From assembly GCA_964016885.1 (NCBI GenBank), contig OZ024743.1, positions 60,140,001 to 60,204,000 of the forward strand: 64,000 bases of DNA. Direction: 5' to 3'. The notes below the pieces were generated by a model. It was not told where the DNA came from, made no database searches, and was given only the letters and a program-made list of their open reading frames with translations. Made by a program: the position numbers and the translations under genes. This document shows positions 51,351 through 64,000 of the stretch, piece by piece. Position 1 is the stretch's first letter. Every line of letters begins with the position of its first letter. This DNA comes from Eledone cirrhosa. Its lineage: Eukaryota.

Positions 51351-51639
51351 GCTGTCCAAGGGGCGGTACATCTTGGCAGCTTGTTTCTCGCAAATTATTT
51401 CTACCAGTCGACTGGCGCAACATATACACTTACTCAAGAGCACAACGTGCCACTTAGTCTGGGAATCGAACTCTCGACTTTACGATGGCGAACCCAATTC
51501 CACTAGGTCGCGCAAAAATAAAATGATTGGCCAACTGTCAAGTTAGAGTATAAAGTGGGTGGAGCGTCAGTATTTTGTCGCCGTGGTTTATTTTAGAATG
51601 TAACTGGTTCTCTTTGACAATTTTTGTGAAAATCTATTG

Positions 51640-54600
51640 TGAAGTAGATTGAGAAGGGAAGATTGTGGGTAAAATGGTGGGTAACATTATATTTAAGTAA
51701 ATTATGATGAAAATCTAAGTAAATTGATTGAGAAATTTAGGGCAAAATGTAAAAGTGGGTAAAAGTGGTGGGGTGGGGTTGAATAATGGTTTGCGGGCAA
51801 ATTGGTGGGATATTGATGGATTGTGGTTCACATTTCGGCTAACAAATATTTTATGTGTAAGATGGAGGATAAAATGGTGGGTATGGAATAGATGTTGGAA
51901 AGTGAAGAGTAAATAAAGGAATTTACTTAAATAAGAGATTGCGGGTAAAACAGTGTGTAAAATAGTGGGTGAATAATAGAATGTTTGAAATTTGTTTTTA
52001 AGTATGAGATTGAGGGTATAATGGTGGGTAAATGGATTGTGGGTCAAGTTGTGGGTATACAATGAAATCTAGATCAAATCATTAGTAAATAATGATTTGT
52101 GGTTCAAACGGTAGGTCAAATAAGGGATTGTAGGGAAAATATTGAGTAAATACAGTATCGCGGGATTGTGAGGCACATGCTGGGTATATGGGTTTTGGGT
52201 AAATAATGAGTCAAATGTGGGTATATAGTTGATTGTGGATAAAAGGTGGGAAAATAATGGATTGTCGGTAAAATGGTGGACAAATAAAGGATTGTCGGTA
52301 AAAAGATGGGTAAATAATGGATTGTGGGTATATAATGAATTGCGTGTCAAACAGTTATATATAATGAATTATGGGTGAAGTCATTGGTAAATAACGAATT
52401 TTTTATTTAATTTGGGGAAAATGGTGGATAAATAATGAATTTTGAGTCAAACATTGAGACAATGGTGTATTGTGAGTTAAAAGGTGGATAAATAATGAAT
52501 TGTTGGTCAAATGCAATGTGCAGATGACATGGTGTTACTTAACTCGACAGAAGCTGATCTCCGATTTGCACTTGATTAGTTTGATGGCGATTACTGCATG
52601 GCTGGAATGAAAACCAGTGCCGTGAAAACTAAGACACTCGTCCTCTCAAGGAAGCCTAGGCATTGCATTCTACAGGTTAATTGAGTTTCAGTGAAGCAGT
52701 TAGAGAACTTTAAGTATCTACGAGGTCGTGTTCAAGAGTGGTGGATCCCAGAAGTCTGAATTAAGAGCAAGATTGCAGGAGTTGGTGCGATGTTCATCAT
52801 TCTCTGCTAGGTGTAAAAGCCAAACTCGCTTCAATTCAGTGTTTCTGCCAACCTTTACATATGGTCATCAATCTTGGGTAATGACCGAAACAATATGATC
52901 ACGAATACACGCGGGCGAAATAGCGTTTCTCCGAAGAGTCTTTGGAGTAAGGTTACCCGTTAGAGAATGGAGTTCAGAAATCAGAGTCAAACCAGGTACA
53001 GCCGCTACTGCTCCGAATTGAAAGATCAAAGCTCAGATACTATGGGCATGTAGTTAGAATGTTTCAGGAAATAGTCGCTGGACAGATTTTATGACCAAAA
53101 CCAACTGGCAGGTGACACAGGATAGACTCCAGGCAATATGGTTAGATAACTCCATGGGCTTCACTGGTTTTGCTTGGGGTTCCAGCCGGATCTGTTTGAG
53201 TCAGTAGCTTCTGGCAGGACCCGCTGGAAGGTGTGTTTGAGAACCTGCCCCCACAACACTCTCAGGTTTAATTGGGTGAATAAGAAGGGTCAAATTGTGA
53301 GTAAAAAACGGACTGTGGGTAAAATGATGCGTTAATAATGGATTCTATATAAAATGATGAATAAATAATGAAATGTGGGTGACATTTTTTATAAAATGGT
53401 GTGAGACTGAACTCTGTGTAAATGAATGATTGTGGGTCAAAATATGTGTACATAATGGATTTTGGCTACATTGGTTGTTAGATAATGGATTGCAAGTAAA
53501 ATAGTGGGCAATGATACATTATTGGTATTTAATGTACTATGGATCAAATTGTTAGTAAATAATGAATTGTGGGTCAAATGCTGGGTGAATAGGGGTTTGT
53601 TGGCAAAATGCTAGGTAAATAAATGATGTGGGTAAAATGGTGGGTAAATAATGGAGTGTGGGTATAATGGTGGATAAATAAAAGATTGTGGGCAAAATGG
53701 AGTGTAATTAATGGAATGTGGGTAAATGGTGTGTAATATAATGAAATGGGGATAAAAAGTGTCTAAATAGTGGTTGTAGGTACATTGGTGTGTATATAAT
53801 GGAGAGTAGGTAATAGGTGGGTACTTAATTAAACGTGGGTAAATGATTTATTGTGTGTCATATCATGGATTGTCGGTCAAATGCGTCTAAATAATTGAGT
53901 GGTGTGTAAATAATTGAACGTGGGTAAACGGCGGGTAAAAATGTGGGTAAAAAAGGATTATGGTTACATAGGTGGGTACATGTTTGATTGTGCTTAAAAT
54001 GTTGGATAATAGAATGAAATGTGGATCAAAATGCGTCTAAATATCGTATTATAGATACAAGGGTTTGTAAATGATGTAGTATGGGTACCATATGGGTAAA
54101 TAAAAGAGTATTGGTAAAAAGTGGGTAAATAATGGAATATGGGTAACATTGTGGATAATATAATAAAATGTGGGTATGTAGGTATACTGGTTTGTAAATA
54201 ATGAGGTGTATGTAGAATGGTGGTTCGATAAAAGATGTGGGTAATATTGTGTGTAAATAAGGGAATGTGGAGAAATGGTGGGTAATATAACGAAATGTGG
54301 GTCAAATGTAACTAATTAATGGTTTGTAAGTACACTGTTTTTTTTTAATAATGGATGATGGGTAAAAATAGGGGGTAAATAATGAAGAATGGGTAAAGTG
54401 ATGAGTAAATAATGGTTTGTAAGTAAAATGGTGGGTAAGATAATGAATAAATGATAGCATAATGAATTAATGGTAACGTAATGATTAAATGTGTCTAAAT
54501 AATGGATTGTGTGTGAATAATAGATTGTAGGTCAAATGTGGGTAAATAAAAATATGTTGGTAACATGGTGGGTAAATAATGGAATGTGGTTAAATTATGG

Positions 54601-54720
54601 GTAATATAATGAAATGCGTATCAAATGTGTCCAATTAATGGATTGTATGTACACTTGTGTGTAAATAATGGAGCGTGGGTAAGATAAAAATTCGCGGATA
54701 AAATGCTATGTAAATAATAT
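51640..54720. repeat. Degenerate ~28-30 bp satellite (approximately AAATGGTGGGTAAATAATGGATTGTGGGT), interrupted by an RTE fragment
   Basis: Recurrent tgggtaaa, taatggattgtgggt and aaatggtggg motifs across ~3 kb. Confidence 0.88.
52512..53275 (+). mobile_element. RTE-clade LINE 3' fragment inserted in the satellite
   Basis: ADDMVLL, LENFKYL, PTFTYGHQSWVMT, AGEIAFLRRVFGV; colinear with 33150-33840. Confidence 0.85.
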
Positions 54721-54989
54721 AATGGAGGTAAACAGGAGCGTAATGTAATGGACACGCTATAGTAAAATCATCGGTTCTGTACCTGCCCTGGGCGGCTCAT
54801 TCTGTTCTTCAGCAAGAAGCATAATTTTACTTTACTTTTCATGATAGGGTTGAAGCCTACAATTATCACCAGACATTAAAACAAAGTTGTATAAAAGTGA
54901 GCTGGAAATGTTATTTTATTCAAACTCTCGTAGAAAAATACTTCATATAATATGAGGAAACCCCCTGTGCCCAGAAGCAACACACGCAA

Positions 54990-55300
54990 GTAATTATTAC
55001 CAAACTTCGGCAACATTCAAAGAAATATATAAAATTAGGTTTCATTCCTTCGATCAATAATGAGAAAATACATGTGTTTGTTATGCGAAACGATATTTAG
55101 AAATCATGCAATGAAGTCATTGCATACAAATATCTAAAACAAATATTTACAATTTGATTGAAAAATTCAGGATTATCTGACCTCACTATTTTAGAGTTAA
55201 AAGGAAAATGAAGGGGTTTTTATTACAGAGTATCTTTTAACACATAACTTATTTAATATAGCTTCTCAGTTACAATGCAGTAAATACTTTATTTTTGAAA
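54990..55300 (+). mobile_element. hAT (Buster/Charlie, SCAND3/ZBED-like) transposase N-terminal remnant
   Basis: KLRQHSKKYIKLGFIPSINNEK/MCLLCETIFRNHAMKS resembles the RQYxxEYLxxGF..PxCLLC..FSNxAMKP BED-type N-terminus. Confidence 0.65.
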
Positions 55301-56053
55301 CTGTAGATATGTGAGATTGTATTTGCTGTGCTTACGGATCAAATCACGTCGAAACCAACTTTGCTATTCATTCTTTCCATGTTTATAAAATAATTTATCC
55401 TGGACAGGTCAACGTTTCATGGTTTTAATATTTTCATGGCCTATATAAATTAAGGCAGAACCAGTAAAAATGTATAGTGGATTAATTTCTCTTTGCAAAA
55501 TAATTTACATTTGAAATAATTTATATATTTGAGGATAGTCTCTTAACGTTGCGATAAATGCTTCTTCCGCCTTTTTTGTCCAGATTGCGATGACAAACCG
55601 AGGGATAGATTAATTCTTCAACAGATGTAGACCATAATGGAATTTGAACTCAGAAAACGAAGAGTCACAATATATTGTATTCAACAGTAACAAATAAGTA
55701 TGAATTCTATCTTAGTGTATATTGAAACATCAACTTTAATCGAATATGATGGTCGAACACTGAGCTGATCGATATCCAAACAATTGTAATATGCAATTAA
55801 GTTCATTTATGGTGCTGACATGACTTCATTCCTGCTTAAATCTATAAATGTATAGTTAATAAATGAAACAAAACATAACACAGGAGGCATAATTACACAG
55901 CTATATTTAGTTCACGCTTGGATGAAGTGGAGTAAGATTCAACATTTCGAACAGAAGTCTTTATTTAGGAAAGGTCGGGTAAGGAGAGAACAGATAAACA
56001 AATAAGTAATGTGCGAAGGTATATAAATAAGTAAAGGAAGGTATATAAATATA

Positions 56054-56142
56054 CTAGGCTACCCTTGACCCCGTTGGGTAACGTTCACTTAAACATATCT
56101 TATTTAATCATGTTCCCTTAAAAACTTAAAAATAATGTTTAC

Positions 56143-56217
<75 letters not shown>

Positions 56218-57302
56218 CTTCCTTTTCTGTCTCATTCTCTCTCTCATTCTATGTCTCGCTTTCTTTCTACTCTGTCACAGCCACTATCTCTGTCCATCCA
56301 TCTTTCTCTCTCTGCCTCTATTTATGAAGGTACCGAGGAAAACTCCGTATATCGAAAGCCCATCCTCCGGTTTAAACGAAACTTGTTTTAATCCATTTGT
56401 ATTCCCATTTCAGGGGCAAATTCCTTTCAAAATATTCTCCCGTTATGCGCCGTTTTGGCTGTATTTAATTACAAACAAGATACATTCACAGAGTTTTAGT
56501 CGTATACTAGACCACCCGTAACTCGTTGGCTCACCTTCACTTAGAAACAATGTTTAAATAATTAAAATATATACAGACATGTATGTAATGTAAAATGATT
56601 GTTTTTATTCTACACTCTCACAACTACATTACTCTCTATCTTTATATCTTTCTATCTCTCTATTTATTAAGGTACCCGGAAATACATCTGAGGAAAGTAA
56701 AAAGAAAATCATTAAAAGTCGGGATCCCACGACTAAACTCTTCCCGCTTCAACAGCTAGTTCCAGTCTGGAACTAGCTGTTTACACTACAAGAAATCAGT
56801 CGTTGGGGCAAGACTCATTATAATATAACATAATGTGTACTCTGTTTAGTAATGGTCTAACAAATTTCAAACTGACTCCATTCTGATTTATATATATATA
56901 TATACTAGCCGAATTACCCGCGCCTTGCTGCGTTTCACACATTTCTTTTGTAAGAAAATGATGATGGGTTTTAAATCAGTGATATAATTTATGGAGAAAA
57001 ACTCCATTAGGGTGTCTTAATATTATTGAAATTTGCTGAAGTTTTGTGAATAGGCATCATATCTTGTCATTTACATACAGTTTAAATTTCATATAAATGG
57101 AAGGGAAAACATTTCAGCGGGGGTTTGTGCCCCCGGGGAACCCTTTGATTCAATTGAAATATACTTATCCGAGTACCCTGGGCAATGTAGTTTTAGAATA
57201 TATATGGTTATGGGGGCTCTATCTCCAAAACCATGGGAGGGGTTCGTGAACAAACATAGAACAAAGAAACAGACAGGAACAACAAATTTATATATATATA
57301 AG
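56054..57302 (-). mobile_element. Three probable tandem non-autonomous Helitrons
   Basis: On the plus strand ACTAG followed by a GC-rich hairpin occurs at ~56053, ~56506 and ~56904. A 5'-type TATATATATAAA..CTGT start lies on the minus strand at ~57300. Confidence 0.6.
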
Positions 57303-57529
57303 TTTTGAGTATATGTTGGTTGCTTACCGATACCTAGTGTGCAGATTGAAGCACTCGACTAAGTACGCAGGTTGGTTTGTTTACTCAGGAGTAATGTAAA
57401 ATATTTAAGTCAAATATGTAAATTTTGGCTTCGTTTATTATAAATTATAGATATACTGCTATATATATTCAAGCAGTCCAAATTAGTGTGGGAAAGACCC
57501 GTACACATGTTGTTGAAGTGTGTTTTACT

Positions 57530-57732
57530 CCGTCAACTGATAATTACTCACGAATGAAACAGTTCTAGTCTTGTAGAAGCTTTTCTATATTAAAACATTG
57601 ATACTCTGCTATGTATTGAGTACCTTACTTACTGTCGTTACCCCGATAAATAAATATATAGAAGTGGTTACACAACAGTTAGTTCACCATACCGAGAACA
57701 ATTGTTTCACCTTAGCGGGTCCTCAGCTCGTA
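57530..57732. mobile_element. Adjacent single arms of two hammerhead-bearing elements
   Basis: 57535-57642 is homologous to 60143-60314 (core degenerate, CTGATAA). 57665-57732 is homologous to 61246-61313, with an intact minus-strand hammerhead at 57693-57730. Confidence 0.8.
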
Positions 57733-58019
57733 AATAAATATATATATATATATGAATGTATATATAGTGTAGTTTGCAATACACTGTATACTTAAGTAAA
57801 AGCATGTTGAAGACCTTATGCTATTGTTTTAGAGTTGTGACAGTCTCAATTACGTTAAATTTTCAGCAAACAGGGGAGATAAAGCTGACAGAGCTATGTT
57901 TCGTACTGATTGGTACTTATCAAAGCCAAGTACTCAACCTGTTTGCTGAAAATAACAACACAGTATATGGAAGGGATATATTAGTTTAACGCTTGATATA
58001 CCAGGAAGAGGGTATGCAT

Positions 58020-58121
<102 letters not shown>

Positions 58122-58351
58122 GTGGTTAGCTTCCCCCTGTGTTGTTTACTTGTCTCACTCGCTTTACGCGTTTCTATTGTCCTAATTACTTATTTTAGTT
58201 ATTATCGCTCCAACGTGAGGTATATGATTTTTAATGCGATGAAATACCCATGATCGTTTGGTAAATCACTGATGAGGGACTCATTTTATAACATGTTATC
58301 CATGTGCAACCAGCAGTATTCTTCTCACCCATATTTTCATATATATATATA

Positions 58352-58550
58352 TATCTTATATATATACAAAGTTGTAGTTCCTCTCTGGTTGCTTGTCCTA
58401 TGTTTGTTCACGAACTCCTCCTATGGCTTTGGAGATAAACCCCCATAACAACATATATTCTGAAACATTGCTCAGGGTACTTGGATAAGTATATTTCATT
58501 TGAATCGAAGGGTTCCCCGGGTTCCCCGGGGGCACAGAGCCCCGCTGAAA
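58352..58550 (+). mobile_element. Helitron 5' fragment, inverted homolog of 57110-57302
   Basis: TCTTATATATATA..ctatgtttgttcacgaac..cagggtact..gataagtatatttc..cccgctgaaa. Confidence 0.75.
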
Positions 58551-58593
58551 ACTCAGATTACATTTATTGTATTCAGCCATCTAGAGTGAAATT

Positions 58594-60120
<1,527 letters not shown>

Positions 60121-60121
<1 letters not shown>

Positions 60122-60314
60122 GTTATTCCGGGTTGAATCAGAGGTAACCACAGTAAGTAAGGTACTCAATACATAGCAGAGTATAACAGTTTTAATATAG
60201 ATGAGATTCTACAGGACTAGAACTGTTTCATTCTTTAGAAATCATCAGAGATTCCTGATGATTTCTAAAGAATGAAACAGTTCTAGTCCTGTAGAATATC
60301 ATCTATATTAAAAC
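60121..60314. mobile_element. Fold-back element: 60 bp arms, 6 nt loop, back-to-back hammerhead cores
   Basis: 60189-60248 versus 60255-60314, one mismatch. Each arm reads CTGATGA-tttctaaagaat-GAAAC-agttcta-GTC outward from the centre. Confidence 0.9.
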
Positions 60315-60357
60315 TATATATATATATATATATTTATATATGCCTTCTATACCTTTC

Positions 60358-60411
<54 letters not shown>

Positions 60412-60852
60412 ACATAATCGGAGAAAGCTAATAGCGATACTCCGGCCAAATTCCAACTCAATCAACAAACATTAGGAAATACCTGAGTATATTCCCAATT
60501 AAACGTTTGTGGTGCTAACTATATTGTATTGTGTGGATACTTGGCTGTAGTATTTCATATGAGATATATCAAATATATCATTTCCCAGACGACTCGTTTC
60601 ATTATAAGATTTCCACCAGTTGGGTGAAAATATACCAAGTTATGTAGAAGCTTGTATAAGATCAACAGATACTTATTCAAGTGGGCTCGTATAAATATTC
60701 AGTGGGTGCCCAATAATATTAATATTGATAACCAAATCAACATCAATATTTGAGGGAGTGTTTGAGGGAGCTGCTAGGTTGTTAGTCCAGCAGTTCTAAA
60801 GAAAATCTCACACTGTCCCGAAAATGGGAGGAAGAAGGCCACCGCCAAAAAC

Positions 60853-60892
<40 letters not shown>

Positions 60893-60951
60893 ATCCCTTC
60901 CATATACTGTACCGATTGTGTTGTTATTTCTGTTATACATTTTACAATTTT

Positions 60952-61043
<92 letters not shown>

Positions 61044-61248
61044 GTTGCTCTACATGGCTGAATACAATAATTGCAAACGAATCAAATATTATTGTTAACA
61101 TTCGAACAACGCACATTATATTTATTGTATTCAGCCATGTAGAGCGATAACTTTGGTTGATTTTATATATATATAGTGGTAGAACACTGGAAGGCAATAT
61201 CCGTAGTGGTGGAGCACTCAGTCCATGGGACGAGTTGGGTAGAAATGG

Positions 61249-61953
61249 TTACACAACAGTTAGTTCACCATACCGAGAACAATTGTTTCACCTTAGCGGA
61301 TCCTCAGCTCGTAATGGGCATGGTTATACGGAACAGGAAGGACAACTGTACGAACGCGCATGCTCAGAAACCCGTCACTTCACACAGGCAATACTAAAAT
61401 GCGTGTGAAGGTGTAAGGGAGATAACTGCGAAAGTCCGAAAAGCTTTTAGTTGATAAGAAAAAATATTGATGTTGTTACAATAATTCATTCAATCCGGAG
61501 CTTTGTAGTTATGCAATAGGTGTTTCGAGACGTGTAAAAAATTCATTTCTCGTGTTTAGGCAATCACTATTGAATAATCTCTTTAGAATATTTATTCGTT
61601 CATCAATACACCGTCGGATTTCCCCTTGCGTATGGCTTGGACTTAGTGATGGCTTTCCATTGAATGGAGTTGTCTATACTTGAGTCCTTGAGGGACCATA
61701 CGCGAGTTTCGTGGATGAACGTCTGTCCGGGTACCTAAAGGTCGACTGATGGTTCAGGAAACGTTCCTTTCGCAGTTATCTCCCTTACACCTTTCGCCTG
61801 CATTTTAGTATTACCTGTGTGAAGTGACGGGTTCCTGCGCATGCGCGTTCGTACGGTTGTCCTTCCTGTTCCGTATAACCATGCCCATTACGAGGTGAGG
61901 ATCCGCTAAGGTGAAACAATTGTTCTCGGTATGGTGAACTAACTGTTGTGTAA
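61249..61953. mobile_element. Fold-back element with ~186 bp arms and a hammerhead in each arm
   Basis: 61249-61434 is inverted at 61767-61953. TA runs lie nearby on both sides. Confidence 0.9.
61274..61311 (-). ncRNA. Minimal type I hammerhead
   Basis: CGAG-CTGAGGA-t-CC-gctaa-GG-t-GAAA-CAATTG-TT-CTCG. The plus-strand copy at 61891-61928 has the core mutated to GTGAGGA. Confidence 0.85.
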
Positions 61954-62730
61954 ACACTTCTCTCTATATATATACATAAATCTATATGTTTATATGATGG
62001 CCGCACACTCTGCTAAGAGTATTGCAATCACTTGTCAGATTACAGAAATTGGTGCACCTTTTGGCTACCGCCAGCCTCACGAACCTGTCACATATCCTGA
62101 ACAAGCAATGCCTGTGCTTTGACAGTGTTTTAAGTGGGGAAATACCTTGCCCTCGACCAATCCCACTCTCTGCTCATCGAAAACACTACTTGAAAAGGAG
62201 ACCGTTGATTCTGCCGAGTTCCTCCGCCCTTTGCCGGGTTTTATATCTCATCTCGCAGGGTGTCCAAATATCACCCTCGTCACGAAGCAACCATGGTGGG
62301 GCTCGCCAGTTTAATCACCGACGAACCGACCATGAGACAGGTTGTAATGGGTTACAAGTTACTAGTAGCACTCGAGAGCGACCTGGCATATATACATATA
62401 TTTATATATGTATATAAATCCATACATACATACACACAAATGTATGTATAGTATATTTGGCAATATACTGTATGTTTAATTAAAAACATTTTGAAGAAAA
62501 TTCGCTATGAGTTTTAAAGTAGTGAATATCTCATATACTTTCGGCAAAAACAACAGTTTTTTTCCGAGAATAAGTAGATGGCATAGTCACTACATTAAAC
62601 ACAGTATATTGCCAAATATACTAAACTTACATTCATATATACATCGCTATTTCAGATTATCAATACTAATGCATATATATATAGTAGAAATTGGTAGTTT
62701 ACTTGAAGCATTGTGTAGTGAGGTATAAAC

Positions 62731-63055
62731 GTTTGAAATTAGAAAGCCAGATCAATGCAGGTTTGGATATAGAATATATATATAAATGCAAAAGATAACG
62801 CTGTCAATTACTCTTTTACATTAATCTATTTATATATCTTGATATATCTTGATATATGTTGATATTGCTGATCTTGCTAAGTCATGCTGACCGGACAGCA
62901 TGACTTAGCAACCCATTCAGAACACTGGATTAATCCCTTTTCTTTCCTCAGACGAAGAGATACTATCTCGCAATATCAAGATATATAAATAGATTAAGGT
63001 CATACTTATATTCTATATCCAAACCTGCATTGTTCTGGCCTTCTAACTTCAAACA
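62731..63055. mobile_element. Nested fold-back element with a degenerate hammerhead
   Basis: Outer inverted repeat 62731-62778/63008-63055; inner 62821-62845/62973-62997; perfect 16 bp hairpin at 62874-62911; CAGACGA-agagatactatctc-GCAA at ~62948-62973. Confidence 0.7.
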
Positions 63056-63362
63056 TATATATATATATATACATATGTATGTATTTGTGTATGTATATAA
63101 ATATATGTATTCGTGAGTGAATGATAGTAATATTATATTAATATTATTAATAATCGGTTCGTTTTCAAGGAAACAGCCTCAAAACACCATGTGTTTTTCA
63201 ATATACCGACGTCATCCTTTTGTTCCGGGGTAGAAAACATTCGACAATCTTTTCGGAGTTATTGCATCTCATCGAGGCTGTTTATCTTCTCGTAGCTGCT
63301 ACCCGCTTGGGCTGCTGAGAATACATAGTAGTATCAAAAGTACGTCGGATGATTGTCCAAAT

Positions 63363-63402
<40 letters not shown>

Positions 63403-64000
63403 TCAAGTTATCAATAATGTAGTGATAATATATCGTCACGTTAGAGATGAACAGCGTACGTGTAGGTTTGCTCAACGAGTATAAATTATATTCCAGAGAA
63501 AATGTAGAAAAGATGAATATAAAATGAAAATGCTTTTATAAAGGAATTTATTAGGTATTGAGATATGTTTCTGTAACAGACGGAATACCTATGTATCGCT
63601 GCTTGCGTAATCATATAATGTTAGCAAGTATTCGATCGCAAATGTATAATCAGTTGTCACTTCTTCAGAGATATTGGATAAATTGGAAAAAATCAGAAAA
63701 ATCAAAGTATTTATATTAGTTGTAAGAAAGGAAGAAGAGAAGGGATAGTATATGACAGATGGCAATTCAATTTGCTGGTAAACAAGTATATAGAAGGTTT
63801 TTAATGAGAATACAATGAGTATATGGTATATTTTATCTAATAAGAATTTTTGGGAGCCTATTTTAATCTATATTTGACCAATTGAACGATGGACAGGGAT
63901 GGTTGTTTGGTGTAGTAGTATTAATATATATATATAGGGCTATGTGAAGTTGTAGATGCTAGAGTATTTTATTGATTGAGCCGTTATACATATTTCCATG

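Noticed and set aside
51640-54720. CRISPR array or repeat-protein gene
   Set aside because: Degenerate contiguous repeats without unique spacers, no cas genes, frequent stops and a eukaryotic context.

Overview
Eukaryotic, AT-rich, almost entirely repeat-derived DNA with no intact host gene that I can see. The repeat complement suggests an invertebrate, plausibly a mollusc or cephalopod (inference only). Bases 1-16290 are a retrotransposon pile-up on an (ATT/TAA)n microsatellite: three head-to-tail Tx1/L1-clade LINEs, an oppositely oriented R4/Dong-type RLE element and a 5'-truncated Tx1 tail. The rest holds tRNA-derived SINEs with target-site duplications (TSDs), tandem Helitrons (one with a decayed PIF1 helicase), RTE, CR1-like, R4 and hAT remnants, several Penelope-like elements (PLEs), a ~3 kb satellite and a 1.5 kb (TA)n tract. 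The most notable signal, read directly from the sequence, is about 20 type I hammerhead ribozyme (HHR) motifs of the form stem I-CUGANGA-stem II-GAAA-short, often palindromic stem III-UH-stem I'. They sit in the Penelope terminal repeats and in at least seven unrelated non-coding, (TA)n-associated fold-back elements, several of which carry a hammerhead on each strand. Many long ORFs in the ORF track are microsatellite or antisense artefacts.
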